Shown: one piece after another, positions 27,072 to 37,094 of the stretch
Numbering within the stretch: the stretch's first letter is position 1
Layout: every line of letters begins with the position of its first letter
Source of the DNA: an uncultured Acidobacteriaceae bacterium
GTDB taxonomy: Bacteria > Acidobacteriota > Terriglobia > Terriglobales > Acidobacteriaceae
Reading direction: 5' to 3'
Assembly: GCA_964246195.1 (NCBI GenBank)
Contig: CAXTPY010000001.1
Location: forward strand, 4,099 to 62,525
Length of the DNA: 58,427 nt
Position numbers and translations under genes: made by a program
Notes under the pieces: generated by a model
Told to the model about the DNA's origin: nothing
Databases searched by the model: none
Seen by the model: only the letters and a program-made list of their open reading frames with translations

Positions 27072-27426
27072 TGGTGGAGGCGGCGGGAGTCGAACCCGCG
27101 TCCGAAACTACCGTAAACAGAGAGCTTTCATGCTTTTTCCGGGTTCATTTTTGTCTCGTCACCGACGCTTAGAACGGACGAAGATGCGGCGGCGACCAGC
27201 CTGATCAATCTCGTCCGACCCGCTCAGACGGAGCAGGGAAGACCAGCCTACTGTGCGACGATCGGTACAGGCCCGTAGGCGAAGCTTGAGCGATCGGCTA
27301 CTTAGTTAATTAAGCAGCAAGAGCCAGGTTGTTATCGGCACTTATGATTTTGTGAGCGATTACGGGTGTCCACACCCCGGCATGCCTCTCTGCCTCAAGC
27401 AATCCCGTCGAAGCCGTGACGCCCCC
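27072..27426 (-). ncRNA. ssrA: tmRNA; tag peptide (A)ADNNLALAA*
   Basis: 5' GGGGGCGTCACGGCTTCGACGGG, 3' GGTTCGACTCCCGCCGCCTCCACCA, tag frame 27339-27310, 355 nt. Confidence 0.97.
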
Positions 27427-27476
27427 ATCTGGAGCTGGCACCAACGATGCGTTGGGCGCTGCAAAGAACTATCTTG

Positions 27477-27482
27477 ATTATA
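27477..27482 (-). promoter_or_regulatory. Putative -10 element (TATAAT) for ssrA
   Basis: Perfect TATAAT about 50 nt upstream of the mature 5' end in GC-rich DNA. Confidence 0.45.
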
Positions 27483-27671
27483 ACGCTGGCAGGTCGGAGC
27501 GTAGATGGATCGCAGGGATGCCGGCGAAGGGCCGCGCGGTAGGGGAGTTTGGACGGCCGGTGGGGTGGAGGCCGAAGTTCCAGTGAGGGCTGCGTATTCG
27601 GTCGATGGTCCCGTTGCGGGGATTTTTGCGCGGAGCGGTAGCGTCTCCAGCCGCGGTAAACTGGAGGCATC

Positions 27672-27908
27672 ATGAGTGATTTTGAGACTCAACTGAAGGC
27701 GCTCGAAGCGGTGGTCGACCGGCTCGAACACGGCGACCTTTCACTCGAGGAGTCGGTAACGCTGTTCGAACGTGGGCTTCAACTCTCCGACTCCTGCAAG
27801 CAGGAGCTGGAAGCTGCGGAGGGCAAGATTCAGGTGTTGATCGATCGCGGACGGGGGAATCTCGAGGCGCGGGATCTGGATGTGGCAACTGGCCGGCCGA
27901 AGCCTTGA
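27672..27908 (+). CDS. xseB: Exodeoxyribonuclease VII small subunit
   Basis: FETQLKALEAVVDRLEHGDLSLEESVTLFERG...LEAAEGKIQ. Confidence 0.95.
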   Translation: MSDFETQLKALEAVVDRLEHGDLSLEESVTLFERGLQLSDSCKQELEAAEGKIQVLIDRGRGNLEARDLDVATGRPKP

Positions 27909-27948
27909 TGGAGGTCTTCGGCTTGGCATGCGGGGACGCGACCGCGCT

Positions 27949-29175
27949 CTACATCCAGGCTCTGCGCTGGCCGCTCGACCCTCTCTCGACGTGCGCCTCA
28001 GGCCATCCGGTGGCGGATTCGATGACGGTTTGAGCCTCGGCCACACTATTTCTTCCTGCGGCTTTCGCCCGGTACAAGGCCTCATCGGCCTGCTCGACGA
28101 GGAGATGCCAGTTGAGGCCGCAGCGCACGGAAGAGCTTACGCCGAAGCTGCCGCGCACCTTGATTCCCTGATCTCTATAGCGGACGGTCATGGACTCGAT
28201 GCCTGCGCGGAGGCGTTCGGCGACGAGCAAAGCTTCTTCCATGGAGGTGGCGGGGAGGAGCACGCAGAATTCGTCGCCTCCCATGCGGGCCACGGAGTCG
28301 AACTCGCGCACGGTATCCTGCAGGACATCGGCAACGCCCTGCAGGACGGCGTCGCCGCATCCGTGGCCCATGGCGTCGTTGATCTCCTTGAAGCCGTCGA
28401 GGTCGAGCAGGAGGAGCGCGACCGTTCCGAGGGTGCGTTTGCAGCGGAAGATCTCACGCTGGGCGAGCCGCTTGAAGGCCCACCTGTTCAGCAGGCCAGT
28501 GAGTTCGTCTACCTGGGCTCGCCATAGCAGCTCCAATCTCTGCTTGCCCATGGAGATGAGGATGAAGCCGAAGGCGACGGCCGCGTTGGCGGCGAGCGAA
28601 CCTAGCATCACGACCCACTCCATCTCGGTCGATGCTTCGACATAGCCGCGCGAGCCGAAGCGCGCGGTGACGGCCATGCGCAGGAGATAGAGGAGAGAGA
28701 ATACGGAAAGGGACATGCCGGTGAACCATCCCGGGGCACGGAGGCCTTCGCCGGAGAAGCTGAAGACGACGGAGGCGGTGAGGGCGGCCTGCATGCCGGT
28801 TGCGGCGCTGGACATGAAGAGCTCGACCGGGTAGCCCGTGGGGCGTTCCAACTGGTAGAGGGCGGCGAGGGCGACGGCGCCGACGAGCCAAAGTTGCAGC
28901 CTCCAAAGCAGATTCGCTTTATCCAGCAGTTCGGCGAAGCTGCGGTGCAGCATGGCCATGCCGGAGGCCAGGAGGAGAGGACCGGCCAGTCTTCCGGCGC
29001 CCATCCATTCTCCGGCGAGCAACAGCAGCCCGATGCCCGCGGCGCGGCTCAGGTTGGAAGCTGCGAACCATGTAGCGCTTCTCCGCCCTCCACTGATTCT
29101 TCCGCTTACCGCCATCAGCCCCGCATACAGACAAAAGAACAACAGGTTCGCTACATTCAGTGTGAATCGGTCCAT
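27949..29175 (-). CDS. Membrane-bound diguanylate cyclase
   Basis: Multiple TMs; DELTGLLNR, DLDGFKEIND...GHGCGD, RxxD I-site (REFD) and GGDEF. Confidence 0.95.
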   Translation of the reverse strand: MDRFTLNVANLLFFCLYAGLMAVSGRISGGRRSATWFAASNLSRAAGIGLLLLAGEWMGAGRLAGPLLLASGMAMLHRSFAELLDKANLLWRLQLWLVGAVALAALYQLERPTGYPVELFMSSAATGMQAALTASVVFSFSGEGLRAPGWFTGMSLSVFSLLYLLRMAVTARFGSRGYVEASTEMEWVVMLGSLAANAAVAFGFILISMGKQRLELLWRAQVDELTGLLNRWAFKRLAQREIFRCKRTLGTVALLLLDLDGFKEINDAMGHGCGDAVLQGVADVLQDTVREFDSVARMGGDEFCVLLPATSMEEALLVAERLRAGIESMTVRYRDQGIKVRGSFGVSSSVRCGLNWHLLVEQADEALYRAKAAGRNSVAEAQTVIESATGWPEAHVERGSSGQRRAWM

Positions 29176-29710
29176 TGCCGACGTCCGCTCCTGACGATCT
29201 CTTACATGGGTATAGCTTACATTTTGATGCTTCGGGGTCGATGCCTATTGTTTGGCGCGGGTTCTTATTTCGTTAGGGGAGTTCTGGCGGGCTAGTTAGA
29301 GGCGGCCATCTTGCGCTGGGTGAGCACTTCCGGTGTTCTTCAAGATGTCGCTTCGAGCTCGTCGATAGCCTAGGTTTCGGGGGGCAGGCGGTGCCGCGGC
29401 ATCTCTGGTGGGATTTGGCCAGACCGTGACGAGGTGAAAGGCGACAAGGAAGCGCGGCACTGGAGACGTGTGTTGGAACCGTATAGTTGTATGAATTCAC
29501 AGACCGAGCAACGCCTGGGTGTGAACAAACGACACACCCCATCTTAGAATGGGAACAGCGGGCTCGCGAGAGGAACAGGCGTGAGGCGTTGAGGAGACTG
29601 CGCTGGATGGCATCTGCCATGGTAAAGCGCATTAATTCGCACAGTTTCCGGAAGTCAGGTGAAGTGAGATGGTTTGGCAGGCTACCTGCAGTCCCACCAG
29701 GAAGTCGGTG

Positions 29711-31204
29711 ATGGAAAAGATCCTCATGGTAGGGATGACCTTCAGTTTTTCGTGTGGCGTGGCTAAGGCCGGTGTTCCGAGTTCGGGATGCTCGGAGCCG
29801 ACGACGACGTCTGCGCTCGAGCGTCAACAGAGGGCCCAGGCGGCGCTGGACAGGGGATCGTACGGGTGGGTGCAAGAGGAGCTGAAGTCGTATGTGGCAG
29901 TCCATCCGGAGCAGTGCGAGCTTCGCTTGTTGCTGGGTAAGGCGTATCTATACAGCGGGCGAGACCGTGCTGCGGAACGGCAGTTCGCGGAGGTTCTCGC
30001 GCGGGATCCTGCGAACGAGACGGCGTTGCTGGAGTTGGGAAGGCTGAACGGATACCACTCCAGGTATGCGCAATCGAACGCTCTGTACAAGAAGCTTTTG
30101 CAGATCGATCCCGGGGATGAAAACGCCAACATCGGGCTGGCAAGGAATTTGATCGACACGGACGAGATGGAAAAGGCGCGTGCGGCTATCAAGGCGGGAC
30201 TGGCGGCCCACCCTAACAGTCTTCGGCTACAGGAGCTCCAGGACCAGATCGCGGAGCAGGAGGACGAGATACCGCAGGTCGCGACAAAGCCGCTTCGGAC
30301 GCGACGCACGAGCTTTCAGGACTGGACCTACATCATCACGGATTCGGTGGGCGATAGCATCTTCGAAAATCTTTCACGATCGGAGGAGCAGTTGTCGAAA
30401 CGGGCCTTCGTTCACGTGACCACGCGAATCAGGCACTTATCCTCACAGGGGGGGATTGTGGAGATACCCGATCAAAACGCCGAGAGCGAGGGTGGCCCGA
30501 CGATCAGCGGCACTACGTTTGAAGCGGGCTTGCGCCTGGACTATCACCTGACCAAGTGGTTGAATGCTTCCGGCGGCGTGGGCGGCGTGCGCTTCAATAA
30601 TGGGAGTTATAAGGGGCTCTTTCGGGGGAGCCTGGAGGTGCATCGGGGATCGTTCCTGTATTTCAAGTCAACCTATCTCAGAACACCTGTAATTCCCACG
30701 CAGGATGCGGAGACGTTCCACTTGACCTCGCAGGGTGTGCGCAACGATTTCGACTGGACGCCGCCGCAGTGGCGGGTGCACTCGAGTTTTTCCGAGCTTC
30801 AGTACTCGGACACCAATCGGCGCCACGAGCAGGACCTGGATACGCTGCGCTGGTTTGGCACAAGCCACGTTGGATTGGGAACGGGTTTCAGCCTGGATCA
30901 TCTGGCTTTCGACCAATTTTTAAATCACGGTTACTTCAGTCCGGGCGATTACTTGAACTATATGGGGGCCGCCAGTGTCCGTGTCCAGCACTACCACCAC
31001 TTCAATGGGGAATATAAGGTGAACTTAGGCGCGGAGTCGATTGAACCTTCACCGTTCCGGTTCGTGTACGAGATTTCCGCGGAGAATATGCTGCGTTTAG
31101 GCAAGTGGGATCTTCACGCGAACTACACGTTCGACCACGCCACGCAGTCGACCGGAGCCTTTCAGACTAACTTTACAAGTCTTGGGGTGAGATATGCGTT
31201 CTGA
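29711..31204 (+). CDS. TPR-repeat protein with a C-terminal outer-membrane beta-barrel-like domain
   Basis: TPR helices in the N-half, alternating beta strands, terminal Phe (LGVRYAF); start uncertain (29669-29735). Confidence 0.8.
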   Translation: MEKILMVGMTFSFSCGVAKAGVPSSGCSEPTTTSALERQQRAQAALDRGSYGWVQEELKSYVAVHPEQCELRLLLGKAYLYSGRDRAAERQFAEVLARDPANETALLELGRLNGYHSRYAQSNALYKKLLQIDPGDENANIGLARNLIDTDEMEKARAAIKAGLAAHPNSLRLQELQDQIAEQEDEIPQVATKPLRTRRTSFQDWTYIITDSVGDSIFENLSRSEEQLSKRAFVHVTTRIRHLSSQGGIVEIPDQNAESEGGPTISGTTFEAGLRLDYHLTKWLNASGGVGGVRFNNGSYKGLFRGSLEVHRGSFLYFKSTYLRTPVIPTQDAETFHLTSQGVRNDFDWTPPQWRVHSSFSELQYSDTNRRHEQDLDTLRWFGTSHVGLGTGFSLDHLAFDQFLNHGYFSPGDYLNYMGAASVRVQHYHHFNGEYKVNLGAESIEPSPFRFVYEISAENMLRLGKWDLHANYTFDHATQSTGAFQTNFTSLGVRYAF

Positions 31205-31258
31205 GGGTACTTGGCGTGGGTGCTCGTATTGTTTCGTGGAGAGTAGAGCGGTGAATGC

Positions 31259-32584
31259 ATGAACGTTCTTGTGATCGACGACGACGTTTCGATCTGCCGC
31301 TTTCTGGAGACGGCGGTGGGCGCAGCGGGTCACACCTGCCGCACGGCGCATACGCTGGAACAGGCGGCGACTTTTCTCGATGAATATACGCCGGATCTTG
31401 CGCTGCTGGACTTGTATCTGCGGGAAAGCAGCGGTCTGGATGCGCTGCGCTACCTACGCGCCAACCACAGCGAGTGCGCCATCGTGATGATGACGGCTCA
31501 TGCGAGCATCGAGACGGTGGCGGGATCGATGCAGCAGGGAGCGGACGAGTATCTTGGAAAGCCGGTTCGCCTGAAGGACCTGCTTTCTTTGTTTAAGCGC
31601 TTCGAGAAGAGGCCGAGCGAGGACAGGCCGGAGCCTCTGCCTCCGATGCCTAGCGCGATCGTAGGCAATAGCAAGGCGATGCTCGAGGTCTACAGGCTGA
31701 TCGCCCGGGTGGCGCCGAGCGATGCGAGCGTGCTGCTGATGGGACCGAGCGGCTCCGGGAAGGAGATGGTGGCGCGTGCCATTCACACGTACAGCCTGCG
31801 GTCGCGCAGCCCCTTCATGGGGGTGAACTGTGGCGCTCTTCCGGAGCAGATACTGGAGAATGAGCTGTTTGGGCATGAACGCGGGGCCTTCACCGGGGCG
31901 GACGCCGCGACGCAGGGGCTCTTCGAGGCGAGCCGCGGCGGAACCATCTTTCTAGATGAGATCACGGAGACCAGCCTGGCCTTTCAAGTGAAGCTGCTGC
32001 GTGTGCTGCAGGAAGGCGAGATACGGCGGCTCGGCTCTACCAAGACGATCCAGACCGATGTGCGTGTGATCGCGGCCACAAACAAGCCTATAGGGGCGCT
32101 GATCTCCTCGGGAGGATTTCGCGAAGACCTGTATTACCGGCTTGGGGTGGTCACTATCTCACTTCCGCCGCTGGCGGACAGGCGGGAGGATATACCTTTG
32201 CTGGCGCAGTTCTTTTTGGATAAGGCGAATAGGAGCAACTCACGAAACACCTTCCTGACACCTGCCGCTTTGGAAGAGCTTGCGGGGATGCCGTGGCCTG
32301 GGAATGTGAGGGAGTTGGATAACTTCATGCAGCGGCTCGCTATATTTTCCGTCACGGAACAGGTGGACGTGGAGGACGTGCAGGAGCAGTATCTTCAAGG
32401 GGGCACGCTGCTGCAGCAGTTGGAGGCGGCGCCGATCAGTTTGAAGGACGTCGAGAAGGACCAGATCGTGAGAGTGCTGAAAGATACGGGAGGGAACCGT
32501 TCGCTCGCGGCAAGGCAGCTAGGCATTGAGCGGAAGACGCTGTACGTGAAGGCAAAGCGGCTTGGAATCGACTTGAAGCTATGA
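31259..32584 (+). CDS. Sigma-54-dependent response regulator (NtrC family)
   Basis: Receiver domain, GPSGSGKE, GAFTGA, FLDEI and Fis-type HTH. Confidence 0.96.
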   Translation: MNVLVIDDDVSICRFLETAVGAAGHTCRTAHTLEQAATFLDEYTPDLALLDLYLRESSGLDALRYLRANHSECAIVMMTAHASIETVAGSMQQGADEYLGKPVRLKDLLSLFKRFEKRPSEDRPEPLPPMPSAIVGNSKAMLEVYRLIARVAPSDASVLLMGPSGSGKEMVARAIHTYSLRSRSPFMGVNCGALPEQILENELFGHERGAFTGADAATQGLFEASRGGTIFLDEITETSLAFQVKLLRVLQEGEIRRLGSTKTIQTDVRVIAATNKPIGALISSGGFREDLYYRLGVVTISLPPLADRREDIPLLAQFFLDKANRSNSRNTFLTPAALEELAGMPWPGNVRELDNFMQRLAIFSVTEQVDVEDVQEQYLQGGTLLQQLEAAPISLKDVEKDQIVRVLKDTGGNRSLAARQLGIERKTLYVKAKRLGIDLKL

Positions 32585-34941
32585 GCGACGCGCGCATGGG
32601 GAGCAGGCGTCCGTGGTGGGGTACGAGCCTTGCGTTGGCGCTAGTTTGTTTTTTTCTTGCGCTTTCGTCGAGCCTGGCTGGAGCGGTGGTGGAGATCGGG
32701 AAGCGTGCGAACGACAGTTTTTTTCGGATCAGAAACCGGCACGCGGGTATTTCGCCTGTGATTATCGTGGCGATCGATGACGCTGCGCTCGCGGAACAGG
32801 GCCGGTGGCCGTGGCGCAGGAGCCAGCTTGCGGAGCTTATCGACATCATCGCTGCGGGGCGTCCGAGGACGATAGGGTTGGACGTGCTGCTGAGCGAAGC
32901 TTCGGACGCGCACGAAGACGGTTTGCTGGCGGCATCGCTGGCGCGGGCGGGCAATGTGGTGCTGCCAGCTAAGATCACGACGTCGCCGGCGGGATCTTTA
33001 TGGATCGAGCCGCTGCCTATTTTTTCGCGAGCCGCGCTGGCGATTGGGCATGTCCATGCAAGCCTCGATGAGGATGGTGTGTGCAGGCGTCTGCCGCAGG
33101 CGGAGATGTCGCTCGATGGGCGTATGCCGATGATGGCTGAGTTGGTGGCCGAAGGGGTACAGGCGCAGAGGGGAGGGGCGCATCGCGATACAGGGATGGA
33201 GGTGCTGCAACCGCGCGAAGTGACCATCGACTACCGTGCTCTTGCGAGTTGGGGCGAACCTTTTCGCGGAACATTTCCTGCAATCTCCGCAGCGAGCATC
33301 TTCGAGGGCCGGAGGTACGATTTGCGCGATAAGACGGTGCTGATCGGATTCGCTTCGAGCGGCCTGGAAGATGAGCTCCTGACGCCGCTGCGGTACGGCA
33401 AACCGTCGCCTGGGATCGTAATTCAGGCCAACATGGTGGACACGCTCCTGCGCTCTCGAGTGATCCGGAGGGCGAGTCCGCTGGTTCAATGCGCGCTACT
33501 GCTTTCGATCTGTCTTCTAGGGAGCGCTGTGATGAGGCGGCAGAACTCACTTCGGGGCGGCGCATGGGTCATCCTGAGCGTGGCAACGACCTATGCGGTT
33601 GGGTACGTATGCTTCGTTCGTTGGGGGATTCACTTCGAGCTTGGACCGGCGTGGCTGGGAGAGCTGCTGCTTGTGCCACTGGGGCAGTTACAACATATTC
33701 TATTGCTCCAGGGGGCCATAGGGAAGAACCTGTTCAACCTGCAGGTGCAGGCTGAGGGTCTGCCGCTGCATATTGCGGGCTCGCTGGCGCCTCAGCTGGA
33801 CTCGATAGCGACAGCTTCCGTTCTGACCAGCAATGAGTCCAAGCTGGAGCTTATCTCGCGGATTGACGAGCAGATTGCGATCGTGTCGGCGTTTCAGCAG
33901 GTTCTGCTGGGGAGCATGCGCGATGGCATCGCAGTGTTCTACGAAGAGGGAAGGCTGCTGTTCGAGAACACGGCGTGGAGCCACTTCGTTGCGCTCAGCG
34001 GCTGGAAGCCAACGGAGGCGTGGGGGGAGTTGTTGAAGGCTCTCTCCGCGACGAGTTCAGCAGCCGCGGGGCGGGTCTCTCCGGATCGAGAGGAAGCAGG
34101 CGGGACGGGAAAGAGGAGCGATAGCGAGATTCTCATAGCCGGTCGTCTATGGCGTATCTCGATGGCGGTGCTTCCTTCCGTCGCTTCGATCGACAAGCCG
34201 CTGTGCATGGTGCTGGCGGCTGACCTGACGCCACAGATGGAGCGGGATCAGGCGCGGCAGCAGGCTCTGCAGTTCATCACACACGAGCTGCGTACGCCTC
34301 TGGTTTCGTTGCTCGGGTTCGCTGAGTTGCTGCAGCATTTTCCGGAGCAGGCGAAAGAGGCTGGGGCGGCCGATGTGATTCAACAAGAATCCGAACGTCT
34401 GATCGCGCTGACCACGATGTTTCTCGAGTGCCTGAAGCTGGAGACGTCGCTTCCTGTAGTCAGGCCGATCGAGACCGATATCGAGGAGGTGATTCAACAG
34501 ACCTCTTCTATCGCGCGTTCGCTGTGCAGCGCCTCGCACCGACGCTTGGTGATCACAACGCCACGCGGCGCTACGCGGGCCAATCTCGACCCCGCGATGA
34601 TGACCGGGGCGTTGTTGAACCTGGTGGGAAATGCCGTTAAATACGGGACGGAGAACACCGATATCGAGATGAGTGTGGAGCTTGAGAATGATGCGGTCGC
34701 ATTCGGGGTGCACAACCAGGGCGCTCCCATTCCCGAGGAGGAGATTCCGCGGTTGTTCACTCCGCAATATCGCATGACGGAGAATACAACCGGGCGCACT
34801 GGCTGGGGGATCGGCCTGGCCTTCGTGAAGCGTGTAATGGATGCGCATGGCGGAGAGGTGCGTGTTACCAGCGATGGCGTCGAGACCTGTTTCAAGTTGC
34901 TTCTGCCTGTCACCTCGTCGTTGAACGGAGCCCGACCATGA
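32581..34941 (+). CDS. CHASE2-domain sensor histidine kinase
   Basis: IIVAIDD...GRWPWRR...DEDGVCRR (CHASE2), TMs, HELRTPL, NAVKY and GWGIGL. Confidence 0.93.
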   Translation: MSDARMGSRRPWWGTSLALALVCFFLALSSSLAGAVVEIGKRANDSFFRIRNRHAGISPVIIVAIDDAALAEQGRWPWRRSQLAELIDIIAAGRPRTIGLDVLLSEASDAHEDGLLAASLARAGNVVLPAKITTSPAGSLWIEPLPIFSRAALAIGHVHASLDEDGVCRRLPQAEMSLDGRMPMMAELVAEGVQAQRGGAHRDTGMEVLQPREVTIDYRALASWGEPFRGTFPAISAASIFEGRRYDLRDKTVLIGFASSGLEDELLTPLRYGKPSPGIVIQANMVDTLLRSRVIRRASPLVQCALLLSICLLGSAVMRRQNSLRGGAWVILSVATTYAVGYVCFVRWGIHFELGPAWLGELLLVPLGQLQHILLLQGAIGKNLFNLQVQAEGLPLHIAGSLAPQLDSIATASVLTSNESKLELISRIDEQIAIVSAFQQVLLGSMRDGIAVFYEEGRLLFENTAWSHFVALSGWKPTEAWGELLKALSATSSAAAGRVSPDREEAGGTGKRSDSEILIAGRLWRISMAVLPSVASIDKPLCMVLAADLTPQMERDQARQQALQFITHELRTPLVSLLGFAELLQHFPEQAKEAGAADVIQQESERLIALTTMFLECLKLETSLPVVRPIETDIEEVIQQTSSIARSLCSASHRRLVITTPRGATRANLDPAMMTGALLNLVGNAVKYGTENTDIEMSVELENDAVAFGVHNQGAPIPEEEIPRLFTPQYRMTENTTGRTGWGIGLAFVKRVMDAHGGEVRVTSDGVETCFKLLLPVTSSLNGARP

Positions 34942-35702
34942 TGCTGCATTTCACGAAGGCGATACTCGCTCTTACTCTGCTGTATGCGCCGGCGCAGGCC
35001 GGGCCCGGTCCGGGGGTGGACGCGCTGCCGGGCGGAGCCGTTGTCCTGGACATGAGCGGTAAAGTCTCCGCTCATCGCCCGGATGGAAGCAAGCTGGCGC
35101 TAACCAGGAACAGCGCTCTGCCTAGTGGGAGTGTGATCGAAACGGGAGCGGACGCAAAGATACTATTCCGTCTCGAAGACGGTAGCGAGATCCTGCTGCA
35201 GCCGAATTCGAGGGTGGCATTGACCCAGGAGCAAGCGGGGACGAGCAAGACATTGCTCGAACTTTTTCTAGGAAAGCTCAGGGCGGTGATCACCAAGCGT
35301 TTCACCGGCCAGCCATCGTTTCAGCTAGGGACTCCGAGCGCGATCGTCGCGGTGCGCGGCACACAGTTCGATGTGGAGGTGAATGCGCACAAGGTGACTG
35401 AGGTCGATGTGCAGCAGGGCGAGGTTCAGGTTATGGGGCGGAACGCAGTGGATCGAGCGGTGCTGCTGGAGCCGGGGTTCTCTACGCGGGTGGGGATGGA
35501 TATGGTACCGGAGCCTGCGATTCGGACGAGCAAGATTCGGGCAGATCCGAGAGAGGAACGGGAGACGAAGGCGAAGAAGCCGAAGGGTGCTCACGGCGAC
35601 CGTCAGCAACCGGCCCAGTCTTCGCCGGAATCGGGCCACGGAACAGAGCCTGCAGAGCCCTCGGAGCCGGCGCAACCGCCGCAGCCTGCAGACCCGCATT
35701 GA
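34938..35702 (+). CDS. FecR-domain exported protein
   Basis: IETGADA...LEDGSEI, TPSAIVAVRGTQF and VQQGEV; signal peptide. Confidence 0.88.
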   Translation: MMLHFTKAILALTLLYAPAQAGPGPGVDALPGGAVVLDMSGKVSAHRPDGSKLALTRNSALPSGSVIETGADAKILFRLEDGSEILLQPNSRVALTQEQAGTSKTLLELFLGKLRAVITKRFTGQPSFQLGTPSAIVAVRGTQFDVEVNAHKVTEVDVQQGEVQVMGRNAVDRAVLLEPGFSTRVGMDMVPEPAIRTSKIRADPREERETKAKKPKGAHGDRQQPAQSSPESGHGTEPAEPSEPAQPPQPADPH

Positions 35703-35902
35703 AGGGAGAATGGGAGACGTATCGGGGCAGGGCCGGGGTTCGACTTGGCGCGCGCGCGACTGCTAGTTTGAGGCCGCCTGGATACTTGCCTTCATTGGGG
35801 TGCGGGGATGCAGACGTGCGGTGGCCGTGGGTTCTCGCGCCGCAGTCCGCCACTCTAACAAGGCACGAACACAGGCATAAATACTTAGAGCAATCTGCGT
35901 GA

Positions 35903-35973
35903 TGGTGTAGAGCCTGCTAACTCAGATTCCCTCTGGGAATGACAAGAAAGAATGGGAAGGCAACTCTACACCA
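35903..35973. repeat. REP-like extragenic palindromic element
   Basis: 10-bp inverted repeats TGGTGTAGAG/CTCTACACCA enclose the hairpin ATTCCC-TCT-GGGAAT, between convergent genes. Confidence 0.5.
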
Positions 35974-36019
35974 CTGCGACGTTGCTGTAGAACCTGCTTA
36001 AAAAATTGGACTAAGATTC

Positions 36020-37090
36020 TCAGAGGTCCAAGGAGCGACCGAGTGTGCTGTCCACGTTGAGTGCCTGGAGTACGGGAGTTTCACCGAATCGCGTGTAGTG
36101 CAGCGCCGTGATACGGTCTGCTTCAATTCTGAGGCCCGGGGGCGGCCATGCTTCCAGCCCCAAACATGCCATGTCTTTTCGGCGCAGATGTCCTTCGGGC
36201 CGGATCCAGACGACGGTTTGGAACTGGCCGTGTTCTATCGGGTGGAAGTCTTCGGCCACTAGCTTCATTGGGTCTTTCATTCCGAGAGATCGTAACGCGC
36301 CTCCTTTCAGGAGGTCGGGCCAGCGGATGCGGTCAGCGCACGGTTGCGTGAGCAACAGGACCCGGACACCGCGACGGCCTTCCTTCATCTTTGGCAGGGA
36401 CTCTCCGAGGTGCTGGGTGCGATTCATAAACTCAAGTTGCGGGGCGGGGGAGGCGCGCCTTGTGAAGGTGATGGCGCTGATGCCTCCGTTGGATTGCTGC
36501 AGTCGGGGTGACTTGGAGGCCGAAAAGCCCAGCGCGACGCTGAGCAAGACTTGGATAGCCATGCCGTGGCCTACGACGAGTATCGTTTGTCCGTGCCTCC
36601 AAGATAGGGTATCGTCCCAAAATTGCCGCGAGCGGGCGAACAGTTCTTGAAGAGGAGAGAAGGGTTCGGTGACGGCACCTTCGCCTTGAGATGTGGTGGG
36701 GAGCTGGAGCAGGTGGGGAGAGGCTTTCCATATTCCATACTGGACCGGGCGCTGCTCACGGACTGCTTTGAGGGAGAGGCCCTCCCAGCCGGGCAGGTGG
36801 ACCTCTCGAAGCCTATCGTCGAAGATCAGTGGGGGAGCTTCCTTGCCGGCATGGAGGAAGGCGGCTTCGATCTCTTGCGCGGTTTGCTTGGTGCGCTCCA
36901 GGGGACTCGAGAAGACGGCATCGAACCTCGTCGAACTCAGGTAGAGGCCGCAGAGGACGGCGGCTGCTTTGCCTTTGGCGGTGAGCCTAGGCTCGTTTAG
37001 ACTTCCTTGGAAGCGCGCCTGCTCATTGAAGTCGCTTTGACCGTGGCGCACGAAGAGGATGCGCGTGACGGGGTCGTTCTGGTCCTGCAT
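36020..37090 (-). CDS. Histidine phosphatase (phosphoglycerate mutase-like)
   Basis: VRHGQS, SSPLERT, LREV and VGHG motifs. Confidence 0.92.
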   Translation of the reverse strand: MQDQNDPVTRILFVRHGQSDFNEQARFQGSLNEPRLTAKGKAAAVLCGLYLSSTRFDAVFSSPLERTKQTAQEIEAAFLHAGKEAPPLIFDDRLREVHLPGWEGLSLKAVREQRPVQYGIWKASPHLLQLPTTSQGEGAVTEPFSPLQELFARSRQFWDDTLSWRHGQTILVVGHGMAIQVLLSVALGFSASKSPRLQQSNGGISAITFTRRASPAPQLEFMNRTQHLGESLPKMKEGRRGVRVLLLTQPCADRIRWPDLLKGGALRSLGMKDPMKLVAEDFHPIEHGQFQTVVWIRPEGHLRRKDMACLGLEAWPPPGLRIEADRITALHYTRFGETPVLQALNVDSTLGRSLDL

Positions 37091-37094
37091 GCGT

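Noticed and set aside
27072-27102. Separate tRNA gene
   Set aside because: This is the tRNA-like 3' end of the tmRNA.
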